From an uncultured delta proteobacterium (lineage in GTDB: Bacteria; Desulfobacterota; Desulfomonilia; UBA1062), in contig CAWAUM010000001.1 of NCBI GenBank assembly GCA_963785235.1, positions 544,001 to 608,000 of the forward strand: a DNA stretch of 64,000 nucleotides, in the 5' to 3' direction. The translations under genes were made by a program, and so were the position numbers. Below the pieces are notes generated by a model, which was not told the origin of the DNA, did not search any database, and worked only from the letters and a program-made list of their open reading frames with translations. How positions within the stretch are numbered: position 1 is the first letter of the stretch; every line of letters begins with the position of its first letter. Below are positions 10,399 through 21,717 of this stretch, piece by piece.

Positions 10399-11958
10399 AT
10401 GTCCGACAAGCGCTATGTCATTGCCATTGATTCCGGCACCCAGAGCATCAGGGCCGTACTTTTTGATAAAGAGGGTAACGAGCTTGCCATCGAGCAGAGG
10501 GTATTTGATCCCTACTTCTCCCTGCAGCCGGGCTGGGCGGAGCAGAGTACGGACGATTACTGGGACAAGCTCTGCATTGTGACGAACGGCCTCATGGCCA
10601 AGATCACCATCGACAAGTCCCTCATCGCAGGCGTAGGGATCACCACCCAGCGCGGCACCGTCATTCCCATGGACAGCCAAGGAAATGCCCTGCGGCCGGC
10701 CATCATATGGCTCGACCAGAGGGCGGTAACCGATCCTCCTCCGCTCGGAATGATGGGCACCATGCTCTTCAGCGCCGCAGGGTTGAAGGGCGCCATTAAA
10801 TATGCCCAGAAGCATTCCATTTTCCTGTGGATCATGCGCAATGAACCTGAGCTTTATAAGAAGACCCATAAGTTCGTACAGGCCTCCGGCTTCTTTGTGC
10901 GCAAACTCACCGGGGAGTTCCACGATTCATCAGGCATGGTCACGGGCATCTGGCCCTTTGAGTATAATAAGCTCAGATGGCACTCCCTTGGCCTGGCCTA
11001 TACGCCGCTCGGTATAGAAAAGGGACACTGCGTGAAGCTTTTCAGGCCCGATGAAGTCCTTGGAAAAATTACCAAGAAGGCCTCGGAAGCCACGGGCATT
11101 CCCGAGGGTCTGCCCGTGGTGGTGGGCGCGGGAGACAAGCAGAGCGAACTCCTGGGTGCGGGCGCCATTGAGCCCACCATAGCAGAGATCAGCTTCGGCA
11201 CGGCCACTGCCATGCATGTGCTTACAAAAAAATACATCAACGACAAGGCAATGAGGTTCTTCACCTGGCCTGCTGCGATTCCGAACGCCTGGGATATCGA
11301 GATGTTCATCCATCGGGGATTCTGGATGGTGACCTGGTTCAAGCAGGAGTTCGGGGCCAGGGAGGCCTTGGAGGCCCAGAAAAGGGGCGTTGCGCCCGAG
11401 GTTATCTTCGACGAGGTCATCCGCACCATTCCGCCCGGCTCCATGGGCCTGGTCCTCCAGCCCTACTGGTCGCCCATGGTGTACAACAAGTTTGCCAAGG
11501 GCTCCATGATAGGCTTCGGCGCCGTACACACAAGGGCGCATATCTACCGGGCCATCCTCGAAGGGATCGGCTTTGAGCTCCGCAGGCTCTCAGAGGTCGT
11601 CCAGGCCAGGACCGGGGTGAAGTTCCGGGAGATCAGGGTAGGAGGAGGCGGCTCCAAGAGCGACACGGCCGTGCAGATCGCTGCCGACATGTTCGGCCTT
11701 CCGGTGAGCCGCATGGCCACCTCCGAGATATCGGCCCTTGGCGCTGCCATTGACACAGCCGTTGCCACGGGCATGCACACCAACTTTGAGGATGCCGTGA
11801 AGGCCATGGTGAGGAAGGGCAAAACCTTTGAACCCAATCCGGAAAGCCAGAAGATCTACAATGATCTTTATAACGACGTGTATAAAAAACTCTACACGGT
11901 CATGGAGCCCGTGAATATGAGGATCGCCCAGATAACCGGTTATCCGGCAGAGGACTAG
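10399..11958 (+). CDS. FGGY-family carbohydrate kinase
   Basis: AIDSGTQSIRA, GITTQRGT, AIIWLDQR, GAGDKQ, RAILEGIGF, GGGGSKS. Confidence 0.9.
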   Translation: MSDKRYVIAIDSGTQSIRAVLFDKEGNELAIEQRVFDPYFSLQPGWAEQSTDDYWDKLCIVTNGLMAKITIDKSLIAGVGITTQRGTVIPMDSQGNALRPAIIWLDQRAVTDPPPLGMMGTMLFSAAGLKGAIKYAQKHSIFLWIMRNEPELYKKTHKFVQASGFFVRKLTGEFHDSSGMVTGIWPFEYNKLRWHSLGLAYTPLGIEKGHCVKLFRPDEVLGKITKKASEATGIPEGLPVVVGAGDKQSELLGAGAIEPTIAEISFGTATAMHVLTKKYINDKAMRFFTWPAAIPNAWDIEMFIHRGFWMVTWFKQEFGAREALEAQKRGVAPEVIFDEVIRTIPPGSMGLVLQPYWSPMVYNKFAKGSMIGFGAVHTRAHIYRAILEGIGFELRRLSEVVQARTGVKFREIRVGGGGSKSDTAVQIAADMFGLPVSRMATSEISALGAAIDTAVATGMHTNFEDAVKAMVRKGKTFEPNPESQKIYNDLYNDVYKKLYTVMEPVNMRIAQITGYPAED

Positions 11959-12214
11959 TGATACACAGGTTCCCCTTCTTGAGTGAGGGTGTTGCATAAC
12001 GAATCTGTAGATTCATTTTGTTAGTGAATTTGAGTGGCTCTACGCCACAGCTGCCAGGGAGCGAAGAGAAGGCAAGGCGGAATGCCTAAGGACACGGATA
12101 AAGGGGCATTTTATGGTTGTTTTCAACCAAATGAACCTTGACATGAAAGGTGATTACTCTTATGTTCATACTATCAAAGTTTATGGTTTATATTAGGGAG
12201 AGGAGGAGTTATCT

Positions 12215-13244
12215 ATGAACAGGATCTTAACAGCAATTCTGCTGGTTTTATGCATGCTCTGTCTTACACCCGGCATATCAATGGCTGCCACTGGCGGGCC
12301 GGATGACATTCGGCTATCAGTTCATTGACAGCACTGAGGACGGTGGGCCTTCGTTTTACTGGGTAGACATCCATGCGACAGGTTCGAGTGCTGGTCTTCA
12401 TGGTCAGGATGATACATCATCCGGAGCACTCAGCAGCGATTTAAATTTCCCCTTTTATGGCAGCACATACTCCACTTTTTATGTGAATTCAAATGGGCTC
12501 ATCACATTCGGCAGTGGAATCAGTGACTTGGACTAACGTATGCCTCCCGAGCGAGCAGATTATCCCCCTTGCCATGATAGCCGCTTACTGGGATGATCTC
12601 GTAACCTACGCAGCAGGCAGCGATGTTTACTACCAATATTTTGACAGACAGCCCTCACCCCGATTTTTCAGGGCCATGCCTGGTGGTCATGTGGTATGGC
12701 GTCCAGCATTATTCAGGGGGCGGCCCTCAGTTCAGTATTGAAGCACTTCTCTTCGAGAACGGTAACATCCTGATGCAGTATGGACCGAACAACCCCGAGC
12801 AGGGTACCGGTTCCACGGTAGGCATCCAGAACGTGGATGGAACTGATTGGTCTTGCGTATTTCTGTGAGGGTGGAGGATATGGAGGAACTCCTGACTTTG
12901 AAGGGATGACTACGAAATCTAAGTCAGATGATACTGCTTTAGTTCCATTGAATGGAGGCCCAATACCCGACAACCTGGCCATACTTTTCGGCCCACCTGT
13001 AAATGTTGTAGACAGTGAACCGATTGAACAGGCTGAACCAGAGGATGTATATACAAAATATGGCAAGTACACCAAAAATCAGAAAGACAAGAAATTTCTC
13101 GAAAACTGTTTCATCACCACTGCGGCCGGAGAAGTGAGCGGGCTCTTCCCCATGCTCATGGCTTTAGCCTGTGCAGTGGCGAGGATTCCTCAGCAGGAAG
13201 AGGATAAGCTAGCAAGTATTCTTCAAGAATACCTTACAGAGTAA
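12215..13244 (+). CDS. Secreted protein with nidogen-like region and CFI-type C-terminal sorting tail; several frameshifts
   Basis: GGAGG RBS; signal peptide MNRILTAILLVLCMLCLTPGISMA; GGPD-FGY, FPFYG...YVNSNG, IAAYWDDL; tail NCFITTAAG plus hydrophobic stretch (one more shift gives basic end FLSRKRIS, stop 13212). Confidence 0.65.
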
Positions 13245-13246
13245 AG

Positions 13247-13279
13247 AAAGGGGCAGGCCGGTATGGCCTGCCCCCTTTT
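13247..13279. terminator. Bidirectional terminator
   Basis: AAA-GGGGCAGGCC / GGCCTGCCCC-CTTTT between convergent genes. Confidence 0.8.
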
Positions 13280-13358
13280 CTGTATATGCCTCCGGAAAAG
13301 GTTTAAAAACCCAGGTGTGTTTCCAGGCAGGGTCTCGGGAACAGGATGAAACCCCCTT

Positions 13359-15382
13359 TTACCACTTTACCTGTACCGGGGTGGTCCTCATATCCAAGGT
13401 CTTGTCTCCAAGCTGGCCGGACGCATTGTATCCCCACGTCCACAAGCGTGCCGCCCGTCTTGATGGCGCCTGTGTGATAAAATCCGGTTGCCACCAAGGC
13501 CCAGGTGCTGCCGGATCCCACCTGAACAGGGGCTATCTTATCTGTCGTGGTCCCGTCTCCGAGCTGACCGTAATTGTTCCGCCCCCACGCCCAGAGGCTC
13601 CCATCGTTCTTGATGGCAAGGCTGTGTTTATTCGTTGCAGCAACCGCTGTGAAGGGATTGTCAAAATAGCCTATCCTTCCAGGGGTATTGCGATCATCGG
13701 TCGTCCCGTCACCAAGCTGGCCATAAGAATTATCTCCCCATGCCCAAAGAGTGCCGTTATTCCTGAGGGCAAGGGTATGGGCATATCCTGCTGCCATGGC
13801 GACCCAGTTGTTCTCAGAACCCATGGGTGCCGGGACATTGCTGGTAACAAAGGTTCCATCACCCAGCTGGCCATGATTATTGAGCCCCCAGGTCCATAGC
13901 GTGCTGTCTTTCTTGATGGCAACGCTGTGGCCATAGCCTGCGGCAATGAGAGACCAGTCGCTCGCAGCGCCGACCTTGACAGGGCTGTTCTTGTCTATAA
14001 ACGTCCCATCACCGAGCTGGCCGGATGTGTTGAGCCCCCATGCCCACAAGGTGTTGTCATCCTTGACTGCAAGGCTGTGGACGTAGCCGGCGGCAACCTT
14101 TTGCCAGGTGTTTTCCGTGCCCACCTGGACTGGGGTAGTCCTGTCGATATTCGTACCGTCACCCAGCTGTCCGGAGTTGTTCCTGCCCCAGGCCCAGAGT
14201 GTTCCATCGAGCTTGATGCCGAGGTTGTAATCAGCTCCGGCACACACTGAGGCCCAGCCGACTCCTGAGCCGATCTGCACGGGGAAGGATCTGTTGATAC
14301 GTGAACCGTTTCCCAATTGGCCATAAGTATTGTCACCCCAGGCCCAGAGCGTGTTGTCGGATTTAAGGCCCAATGTATGCCCGATGCCCGCAGAAACCTG
14401 GGTCCAATCCCCTTCGTTCGTAGAATAGACGTTCACGGTCCGCATGGCATAACTTACATGTCCACTCGCATCAAAAACCCTTAAGACCACATTATAGGTG
14501 CCGTGGGTAGTGAAGATTATACTGCCCGGGATTTTTTTCTTCTGATGAGGGTATATCTCCTGAGAAGTTCCATTTGTAGGTATAAGGCGCCTTGCCACCG
14601 GTGACAGAGCCCTGGAAATTAATCGATTCACCCTCTTGAATCGTGACATTTGTCGAGGGTGTAACAATAGCGGCGCTCAACGTGTACCCTATGGTGCTGA
14701 AGGTCCAGGTATAATCAGAAGGGAAGAGAGCATTGCCGATAACGTCCTTTATCCCGGTAGTGAGCGTGGCAGTGTACAGGGTGCTTTCCTGTAATCCGGA
14801 GATCGGGGTAAAGGTGGCCACTGGGTCTGAACAGGTTATCGTACCGGGTATTGCAGTACTTCCGATAGATATCTTGAAGGTGGAATCGGTGACTGTTGAA
14901 AAATCAACGCCTGTGGTGAAGATCACCTGGACAGAGGCATTGATGGGGACATTGGTTGCGCCGTATGCAGGAATGGTATATCGTAAGCCCGGTGGGGTGT
15001 CGGAAGCCTCCTCCTGGACCGTTACCACTACTGTTGCGCTGGCAGAGGCACCCGTGCTGTCCTTCACCGTGAGCTTTATTGTATAGTCGCCGGGTGTGTT
15101 AAATGTAACCTGACCAGGGTCCTCTACATACTTGTTGTCTGCACCGCCATCAAAATCCCACTCATAGGTATACGGGCTTACGCCCCCGGTTACCTCTTTC
15201 TCAAATTCTATTGACTGACCCTGCTCGATGGTCACATTCCAGGAAGGAGAGGTAATAATTACCAGGAGGGCTTCAGGGGCATGGTTATGAGAGCTGCCGT
15301 GGCTGCTGCATCCGGCTAAGGACATGGCAATACAGAAAATCACGAACGAGAACACGCGTATCATGAGCCGGCAGGTACCCAT
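13359..15382 (-). CDS. Surface lipoprotein: PKD, Ig-like (Big_5-like), PKD and RCC1-repeat beta-propeller; frameshifted
   Basis: Lipobox LAGC; YTYEWDFDGG (PKD); PAYGATNVPINASVQVIF; about 7 repeats of H-x-LA-x-K-x-DGTLWAWG-x-N-xx-GQLGDG. Confidence 0.75.
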
Positions 15383-15532
15383 GTGAAAACCCCCTCACCA
15401 TAATAATGATGGATGCTATCATAAAGGCTCTTTATCCTTGATGCAAAGGGTTTTAAGCATTTGTGCACGTGGGTTTCAGAATAGCATGGCACAACAGCAG
15501 GAGGGTTAGGGGATTTTATGTGATAAAAAAAG

Positions 15533-15568
15533 AAAAAGGGGGATGCCTTAAAAGGCATCCCCCTTTTT
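15533..15568. terminator. Strong terminator downstream of the 15594-17049 lipoprotein
   Basis: AAAAAGGGGGATGCCTT / AAGGCATCCCCCTTTTT. Confidence 0.85.
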
Positions 15569-15593
15569 GTGGTATCTGGATCAAAGATAATAC

Positions 15594-17049
15594 TTATTCA
15601 CCGACCGTAAACTCCATTACGGCATGATCATCGCCACCAAAGATGAAGTAATCCTGGTAGGCTTCGCCAAAGGCGTGCAGGTAACCGGCGTCATCAATTT
15701 CACCAGGCATAATGAGGTCGCCAGGTGTACCGAGGCTCCACGGGACAAGGTTCGCATCTGTCAGGTGCGGGGTTCCAAATGCATGGAAGTCGACAGTGTA
15801 AATAGCTGGGGATTCATACGTAAAGGTTGCTGTAGAACCGTAACCTGCCATCGCAGCCCAGTCAGCGGCTGTTCCAAAGGTTGGGGTGATGATCATGATG
15901 CCTGCGCTGGTCATGGTGACCGTGTAGTCAGTGATGAGAGACGTGCCAACAGGATAGACTGTTTCAAGCGTTGCACCAACTCCGCCAGATGTCACGGTTA
16001 CGGCGCCTGTTACGGTGAGGTCTAGTGCATTGCCTTTAAGAGAACGGCTGGCCTGCATGCCCTCGGAGAAGGTGAAAACTAATCTGGTGATGCCATCCTG
16101 TGCGATGTCCGGGAACACATCGCCGGTGATGACATCTGTCTCACCGCCTGCTGCGACTGACACGATGTAGGGAACGGTCTTGTCCTTAGCCGGGTTTGCA
16201 ATCATGTTGACATTGACGCCGGCCTTTACCTGACCGCAGCCAATGGAGCATGCAACATCAACGATACCGCAGCTTGCCGGGACTGATACGGTATTTGTTG
16301 CCTGAAGCGCTGCATACTGGTAACCGGCCTTGGTGACCATGAGTTTATAGCTGCTATACGGCAGGATGTTTGCAAAGCTGTATGTGCCGTCTGTGGATGT
16401 AACTGATGAAAGGATACTTGCTCCCATAGTACAGGGAAACGGTAGCGCCTGATACTGCCCTGCCTGTGCTCACATCATAGATCGTGCCTGAGATGCCGGA
16501 GGTCAGAGGACCAGGTGTGAAATTAAGGTTAGCAGCAAGGTTGTTCACCGGGGTGCTGGCGCCGCTGCCGGCTTCGGCAACAGCATTCATATCATCTGCA
16601 CCATAGCCGTAATCATAATCATTACCACCATCGAGCAGATCATAATTGTAGCCGTCTTCCAGGTCTGAGTAGTAAACATAGACATCATTAACCATGGCAA
16701 AGCCATAACCTGTTACCTTGGTGAGGTCGCAAGATACTGTGTAACCACCATACCCATCATCACCAGACATGTAACTCCACCTCTGTGCAGGCACGTTGTT
16801 GAACGAATATGCGCCGTTTGACGAGGTTGTTACCTGGTGAACTCTCCCTGCGTATGCCACTGACACGACGGCGCCTTTGACAGGCACGCTTGTGCAGGCG
16901 TCATACACCACGCCTGAAATTGAGCCAACCGGAGAGAACTGATCGGGATTCGGGTTCACTGTCGATGCGCTCTTGTCACCATCCGCACAGCCAGCTACGA
17001 AGAACCCAAGCATAAGCAATGCGATTAACACTAGAAACCTCTTTGACAT
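15594..17049 (-). CDS. Surface lipoprotein with carboxypeptidase-regulatory-like beta-sandwich domains; one frameshift near 16420
   Basis: GAGGAGG RBS; MSKRFLVLIALLMLGFFVAGC lipobox; two GxISGxxYD...V-GA-VS...T-S-G-YSF-N repeats. Confidence 0.7.
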
Positions 17050-17136
17050 ATCTTCCTCCTCTAAATTATTCTTTTTTTTATTCTTTGTTATCCTAAACAC
17101 CCAGCACTTACAACACATCGTAATATGACTGTTTCT

Positions 17137-17164
17137 ATTATAGAGCGACACATCCTTTTGTCAA
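17137..17164 (-). promoter_or_regulatory. Consensus sigma70 promoter
   Basis: TTGACA-N16-TATAAT on the minus strand, ~90 nt before the ATG at 17049. Confidence 0.75.
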
Positions 17165-17302
17165 CAGGGAAAACAAGGATTTTGTATGGTTTTTTGAAGA
17201 TGCAACGCTCGGTCTTGTCCGCACTGACAATTTTGTCCCCACAAACACCTGTGTATGATGTCCTCTCAAAACAACCCTATTCATAGAATGAGCGATGTAA
17301 GA

Positions 17303-17318
17303 GCAACATGTGTGCCAA
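17303..17318 (-). promoter_or_regulatory. Sigma54 (-24/-12) promoter
   Basis: TTGGCAC-ACATG-TTGC on the minus strand. Confidence 0.7.
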
Positions 17319-17570
17319 TAAAAAAACATATAAAAACAGCAATATAAAAAAATAGGATCCGTTCTTGTTGGATCTTAGCCACAATAATATGGAATTGTGC
17401 ACACACTTGAGACTATTGCATAAGTCCAAGATTGTCGCTCCTGCAAAATTAATTGTTTCATGCCTCGGGGCGAAAGACTTTGGTTGCGGTCTCTGGTCAT
17501 GTGTCGGCGCGGTTGAGGCCACCGGAGTGCTTGCAAAGATACAGGAGCTCTGATATTACACCTTCCACGT

Positions 17571-17658
17571 GCCGGAGTGGTGGAACTGGTAGACGCGTCG
17601 GACTCAAAATCCGAAGAGCCTTGCGCTTGTGGGGGTTCGAGTCCCCCCTCCGGCACCA
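17571..17658 (+). tRNA. tRNA-Leu(CAA)
   Basis: Acceptor stem GCCGGAG/CTCCGGC, anticodon arm TCGGA-CTCAAAA-TCCGA, long variable arm, GGTTCGAGTCC, encoded CCA; TTGCAA-N17-TATTAC upstream. Confidence 0.96.
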
Positions 17659-17774
17659 TGAAATCAAGAACTTGCGAATCTGCAGATGACGAGTGTTCCA
17701 TAGGATTTTTCTGATTGTGATAAATATGATAAACAGCTTCTTAATACCGTTTCATAGATTCTTTGCCAGGGGAG

Positions 17775-18473
17775 ATGATGAAGCTGATGACTCACGTCAT
17801 TCCATATAGGATATATTCAGGATTCCGAATAGGGATTCTCTGTATCGTGGTGTCCCTCTTGCCGGCCAGGGTATTCTCATGGGAGCCAACCCCTTTTGAA
17901 ATTCAGGATACTGCGAAGCATGGCTTGCCCGGGTTTATCAGGTCCCTGCCTGAAGACCAAGTCAAATCATACGGATTTTCGACCAAGAGTGAAGCCGCAC
18001 GCACAACATTAAATGGAGGCATAAGGGTTTACACGATCAAACCCCATGTCCTGTTCAGTTATAAGAAGGGCATGGATGTCACCAGGATGATAACCCCGAC
18101 AAGCATGTGGATCTTCCCTGTTCTGGAAGGGGGAAGATCGAAGTCTTTGCTCACGGTTGATCGAATGCACGGAAAATGGGAGGCAGTTGCCTTTGGGGGT
18201 TCCGGGTTGGCAAGCCAACTGGAGGAAGTAGAGTTGAGATGGCCTTCTTCGAAGGGGTATGACCTTACCTTCGTGAGGGTTTTTCAGGCTAAATCCGACT
18301 TAGTATTCATCGCAAAAGGCAAAACAGTCATGATTGCACCCCTGGAATCGGCAGTCGTTGGTTTACAGTTGCACGCCAATGCAGGCCGTTATGGGGATAA
18401 GGTGTATGCTCCTTATGAAATATTGCCCAAGATGATACCTGTTGTCCGCCAGAACCTCCAGGCTCAAGAGTGA
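17775..18473 (+). CDS. Secreted hypothetical protein, upstream partner of the papain-like protease
   Basis: Open frame with a signal-peptide-like N-terminus; no family recognised. Confidence 0.6.
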   Translation: MMKLMTHVIPYRIYSGFRIGILCIVVSLLPARVFSWEPTPFEIQDTAKHGLPGFIRSLPEDQVKSYGFSTKSEAARTTLNGGIRVYTIKPHVLFSYKKGMDVTRMITPTSMWIFPVLEGGRSKSLLTVDRMHGKWEAVAFGGSGLASQLEEVELRWPSSKGYDLTFVRVFQAKSDLVFIAKGKTVMIAPLESAVVGLQLHANAGRYGDKVYAPYEILPKMIPVVRQNLQAQE

Positions 18474-18510
18474 TTCTTTTGTGAGCGTAAGTCATAGTTC
18501 AACAGTAGCA

Positions 18511-21500
18511 ATGGGATTTCTTATGATTAGGATACACGGGATGCTGCGAGGATTTCTTCACATAATCATAGCGTTTTTCTTGCTCTCCCAGAGCGCCATA
18601 TGCAATGCAGCCATCCTGCCTGTCCCGCTCGTTTCACAGGAGAAGACACACTGGTGCTGGGATGCGGGTAGTCAGGCCATACTTGCCTATTACGGGGTCA
18701 GCGTTTCCCAGTGCGAGATCGCCGATTTTGCGCGGATCCAGAATAACTGGGGATATAGCGACTGCTGTCTTTACCCGGATAGTTATGGCTGCAACAATGA
18801 GAATAGTATTTCCGGCAGCCGGGGCAGTACCTGCGGAGTATTGTCACATTGGGGTCTGAGAAACGCCTGGAGGGACTATCCATTATCTCAATCCACGGTA
18901 TCATCCGAGATAAGTTCGAGAAGACCTTTCGGGATTGCCTGGCGATGGAATAGCGGTGGGGGCCATTTTCTCGTGGGTCGCGGCATTGAAGGCAACAAGG
19001 TGCATTATCTGGATCCCTGGCCGGGAAATGGTTTTCAATCAGCCTCCTATGAGTGGGTGGCAGGGAGTGAAGATCATACGTGGATTGAGAGCATCCAGCT
19101 GATAACCCCTGGCCCTGAATGGGTCCCGCTGAACCCGTTGCCTCAGGGAACAGCGATCAGTCTCAGGGCCGTGTGGGGCGCTTCCGGCAGCAATATCTTC
19201 GTGGTTGGAGACAACGGCACGATCCTGCGCTACAACGGCAGCGTGTGGGTCCGCATGACCAGCGGCACTGCCAATGACCTCAATGGCGTATGGGGAAGTG
19301 CGGGCAATGATGTCTATGCTGTCGGTACGAATGGCACGATCCTGCACTACAACGGCAGCACGTGGAACACCATGACCAGCAATACCCCTCACTATCTGAA
19401 GGGGGTATGGGGCACAACGGGTGCAGACGTTTTTGTTGTGGGAGATAACGGCACGATCCTGCACTATAACGGAAGCTCATGGAGCCCCATGAACAGCACC
19501 ACCAGCCTCGAATTATCAGGAATATGGGGCAGTGCGGCCGATGATGTCTATGTTGCCGGAGATCAAGGTCTGATAATGCGCTACAACGGCAGCACGTGGA
19601 ACATCGTGACAGGGGGCAGTTCAGCAGGATTCCTTGAGAGCATATGGGGAAGCTCGGCCGGAGATATCTTTGCTGTGGGAGAGGCCGGAACGATCCTTCA
19701 CTTTAACGGCAGTGCGTGGAGCAGTGTGCCGAACCCGCTCACCGGGAGTCTGACAGGGCTCCGGGGGATATGGGGCAGCTCCGGCAGCTTTGTATTTGCC
19801 GTGGGAGATGAAGGTACAATCCTTCACTACAACGGCAGTTCCTGGGTTAGCATGACGAGTGGAACCGATAAAATGCTGTGGGGTGTGTGGGGCAGTCCGG
19901 CACTTGATGTCTTTGCCGCAGGGGATGAAGGAACGGTCCGGCGTTATTCAGGTCCCCTCGTTTCTGATTTCACCGCTGAACCGAGAAGTGGTTCGCTGCC
20001 TCTGGTTGTGAGTTTCTCCGACAGGTCCACAGGGGCCATCACATCCTGGTTATGGAACTTCGGAGACGGCACGACGAGCACATCCATGAATCCGACTCAT
20101 ACCTACACCAGGGCAGGGACATACACGCCCAGCCTCACCATTGCCGGACCGGACGGAACGAATACCAACACAAAGACGGCCTACATTTCCGTGTTGAATA
20201 CGGCAATATCATGTTCCCCTGTGACCCTTGCTTTAACCTGTCTTCCAGGATACAACGCACCGGGCCAAACCGTACAGGTCTGGAACTCAGGGGATGGAAC
20301 GATCAATTACACACTATCAGCTGATCAGTCCTGGATCTCCTTCTCAAGTCCAGGTGGGTCTTCAGCCGGGGCATCAGATAAAAAGTCTGTTACAGTTCAT
20401 TTTACCACATCGGCCCTTGCCCAGGGAAGCTATTCGGCCACCATCACCATCAGTGCGCCGGAGGCTGCAAATGCCCCCGTACAGATCCCGGTGCGCCTCA
20501 CGGTTCTTTCTCCGACTATAGCTTTCATTCCGGGGTCGCTTACCAATTCCTGCTGGCAAGGGTACAATGCACCCACCCAGACTTTTCAGGTCTGGAACTC
20601 AGGAGGAGGGACAATCAATTATTCCCTATCCGCCGATCAGACATGGCTCACCTGTCAACCTTCGAACGCAAGCTCCACTTCGACAGGAGGCGGCAGCGGG
20701 CATAGCACCATCAGGGTTAATTATGCAGCCTCAGGTCTTGTTCCCGGTAGTTACCCGGCCAACATCACTATCAGTGCGCCCGGCGCCATGAATACCCCAC
20801 GCATCATACCCGTAAGCTTAAAGGTGAATGCCCCTGTGTCCCCTTCATCCCCGGTTATTTCACAGAGCATACCAGCAAGTATTTCGGTAACCTGCGCAAA
20901 GGGTGCAAATGCATCAAGCCAGTCTTTTGATATCTGGAACTCAGGCGGCGGGTCGCTGGACTTTACTCTCTATGGGGATGTGCCATGGCTCTCACTCACT
21001 CCATCACATGGGACCTCTACGGGGGGGCATAATACAATAATTGTCGGTTTTACAAACTCAAGTCTTCCAGCAGGGACTTATTCCGCAACCATTACCGTCA
21101 GTGCCCCAATGGCTTCTAACAGCCCTCAGGTCATTCCTGTAAACCTGAAGGTGAGCGATCAAGAGGTACTTGGAAAGCCGACCCTTTTCATCGAACCCGG
21201 ATCAATCGCGATCACCTGTAAACGAGGTACGGATGCCAACGATCAAACCTTCCAGGTATGGAATTCGGGGAATGGAATAGTAAACTATTCCGTTTCCGAT
21301 ACTGCTGATTGGCTCTCCTGTACACCACAAGGGAGTACTATTTCAGGTTATCGCAGCACTATTACGGTCATCTTCAAGACATCCAATCTCTCCCCAGGGG
21401 AATATGACGAGATCATTACCATTGCTTCAACAGATTCAGCTGTGATGAATAGTCCCCAAAAAATCCCTGTTCATCTATCCGTGAAAGGGGGCGGAGGAGG

Positions 21501-21648
21501 CGGCAGCGGCTGCTTTATCTCTTCTACGACAGCTGCTGTTCCTGGGGCTCGAGTACTATCATTCATTGTTATGTTTGTGATGGTTATCGGAACCAGTATT
21601 TATCGTTCTTGCAGGGTTTCCCATGAGCACCCTATGACCCGGCGCTAA
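18511..21648 (+). CDS. Large surface protein: C39/papain-like cysteine peptidase, ~40-aa WG propeller repeats, PKD, four BACON-like domains, CFI-type CTERM tail
   Basis: QEKTHWCW (Cys), GHFLV (His), YLDPW (Asp); LxGVWGS...AVG..GTILHYNG repeats; SWLWNFGDG; four [VI]WNSG modules; GGGGGGSGCFISS plus TM helix and Arg-containing tail; start codon uncertain. Confidence 0.8.
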   Translation: MGFLMIRIHGMLRGFLHIIIAFFLLSQSAICNAAILPVPLVSQEKTHWCWDAGSQAILAYYGVSVSQCEIADFARIQNNWGYSDCCLYPDSYGCNNENSISGSRGSTCGVLSHWGLRNAWRDYPLSQSTVSSEISSRRPFGIAWRWNSGGGHFLVGRGIEGNKVHYLDPWPGNGFQSASYEWVAGSEDHTWIESIQLITPGPEWVPLNPLPQGTAISLRAVWGASGSNIFVVGDNGTILRYNGSVWVRMTSGTANDLNGVWGSAGNDVYAVGTNGTILHYNGSTWNTMTSNTPHYLKGVWGTTGADVFVVGDNGTILHYNGSSWSPMNSTTSLELSGIWGSAADDVYVAGDQGLIMRYNGSTWNIVTGGSSAGFLESIWGSSAGDIFAVGEAGTILHFNGSAWSSVPNPLTGSLTGLRGIWGSSGSFVFAVGDEGTILHYNGSSWVSMTSGTDKMLWGVWGSPALDVFAAGDEGTVRRYSGPLVSDFTAEPRSGSLPLVVSFSDRSTGAITSWLWNFGDGTTSTSMNPTHTYTRAGTYTPSLTIAGPDGTNTNTKTAYISVLNTAISCSPVTLALTCLPGYNAPGQTVQVWNSGDGTINYTLSADQSWISFSSPGGSSAGASDKKSVTVHFTTSALAQGSYSATITISAPEAANAPVQIPVRLTVLSPTIAFIPGSLTNSCWQGYNAPTQTFQVWNSGGGTINYSLSADQTWLTCQPSNASSTSTGGGSGHSTIRVNYAASGLVPGSYPANITISAPGAMNTPRIIPVSLKVNAPVSPSSPVISQSIPASISVTCAKGANASSQSFDIWNSGGGSLDFTLYGDVPWLSLTPSHGTSTGGHNTIIVGFTNSSLPAGTYSATITVSAPMASNSPQVIPVNLKVSDQEVLGKPTLFIEPGSIAITCKRGTDANDQTFQVWNSGNGIVNYSVSDTADWLSCTPQGSTISGYRSTITVIFKTSNLSPGEYDEIITIASTDSAVMNSPQKIPVHLSVKGGGGGGSGCFISSTTAAVPGARVLSFIVMFVMVIGTSIYRSCRVSHEHPMTRR
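19160..19950 (+). repeat. Intragenic tandem repeats (about 7 units of ~120 bp)
   Basis: Recurrent GGCACGATCCTGCACTACAACGGCAGC-like units. Confidence 0.8.
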
Positions 21649-21717
21649 GCAGCGATCATAGAATTGTTACCGGAATGTCCCATGGACATCACCAGGTACT
21701 ATAAGAGCCCAATGAAT

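Noticed and set aside
11985-12130. Possible decayed inverted-repeat element (GGGTGTTGCATAAC...GTTGTTTTCAACC)
   Set aside because: The ends match too poorly and there is no second copy in the window
13400-14400. Periodic DNA repeats here and at 19160-19950 as a possible array or diversity-generating system
   Set aside because: They are in-frame RCC1 and WG propeller protein repeats with synonymous divergence; no reverse transcriptase nearby
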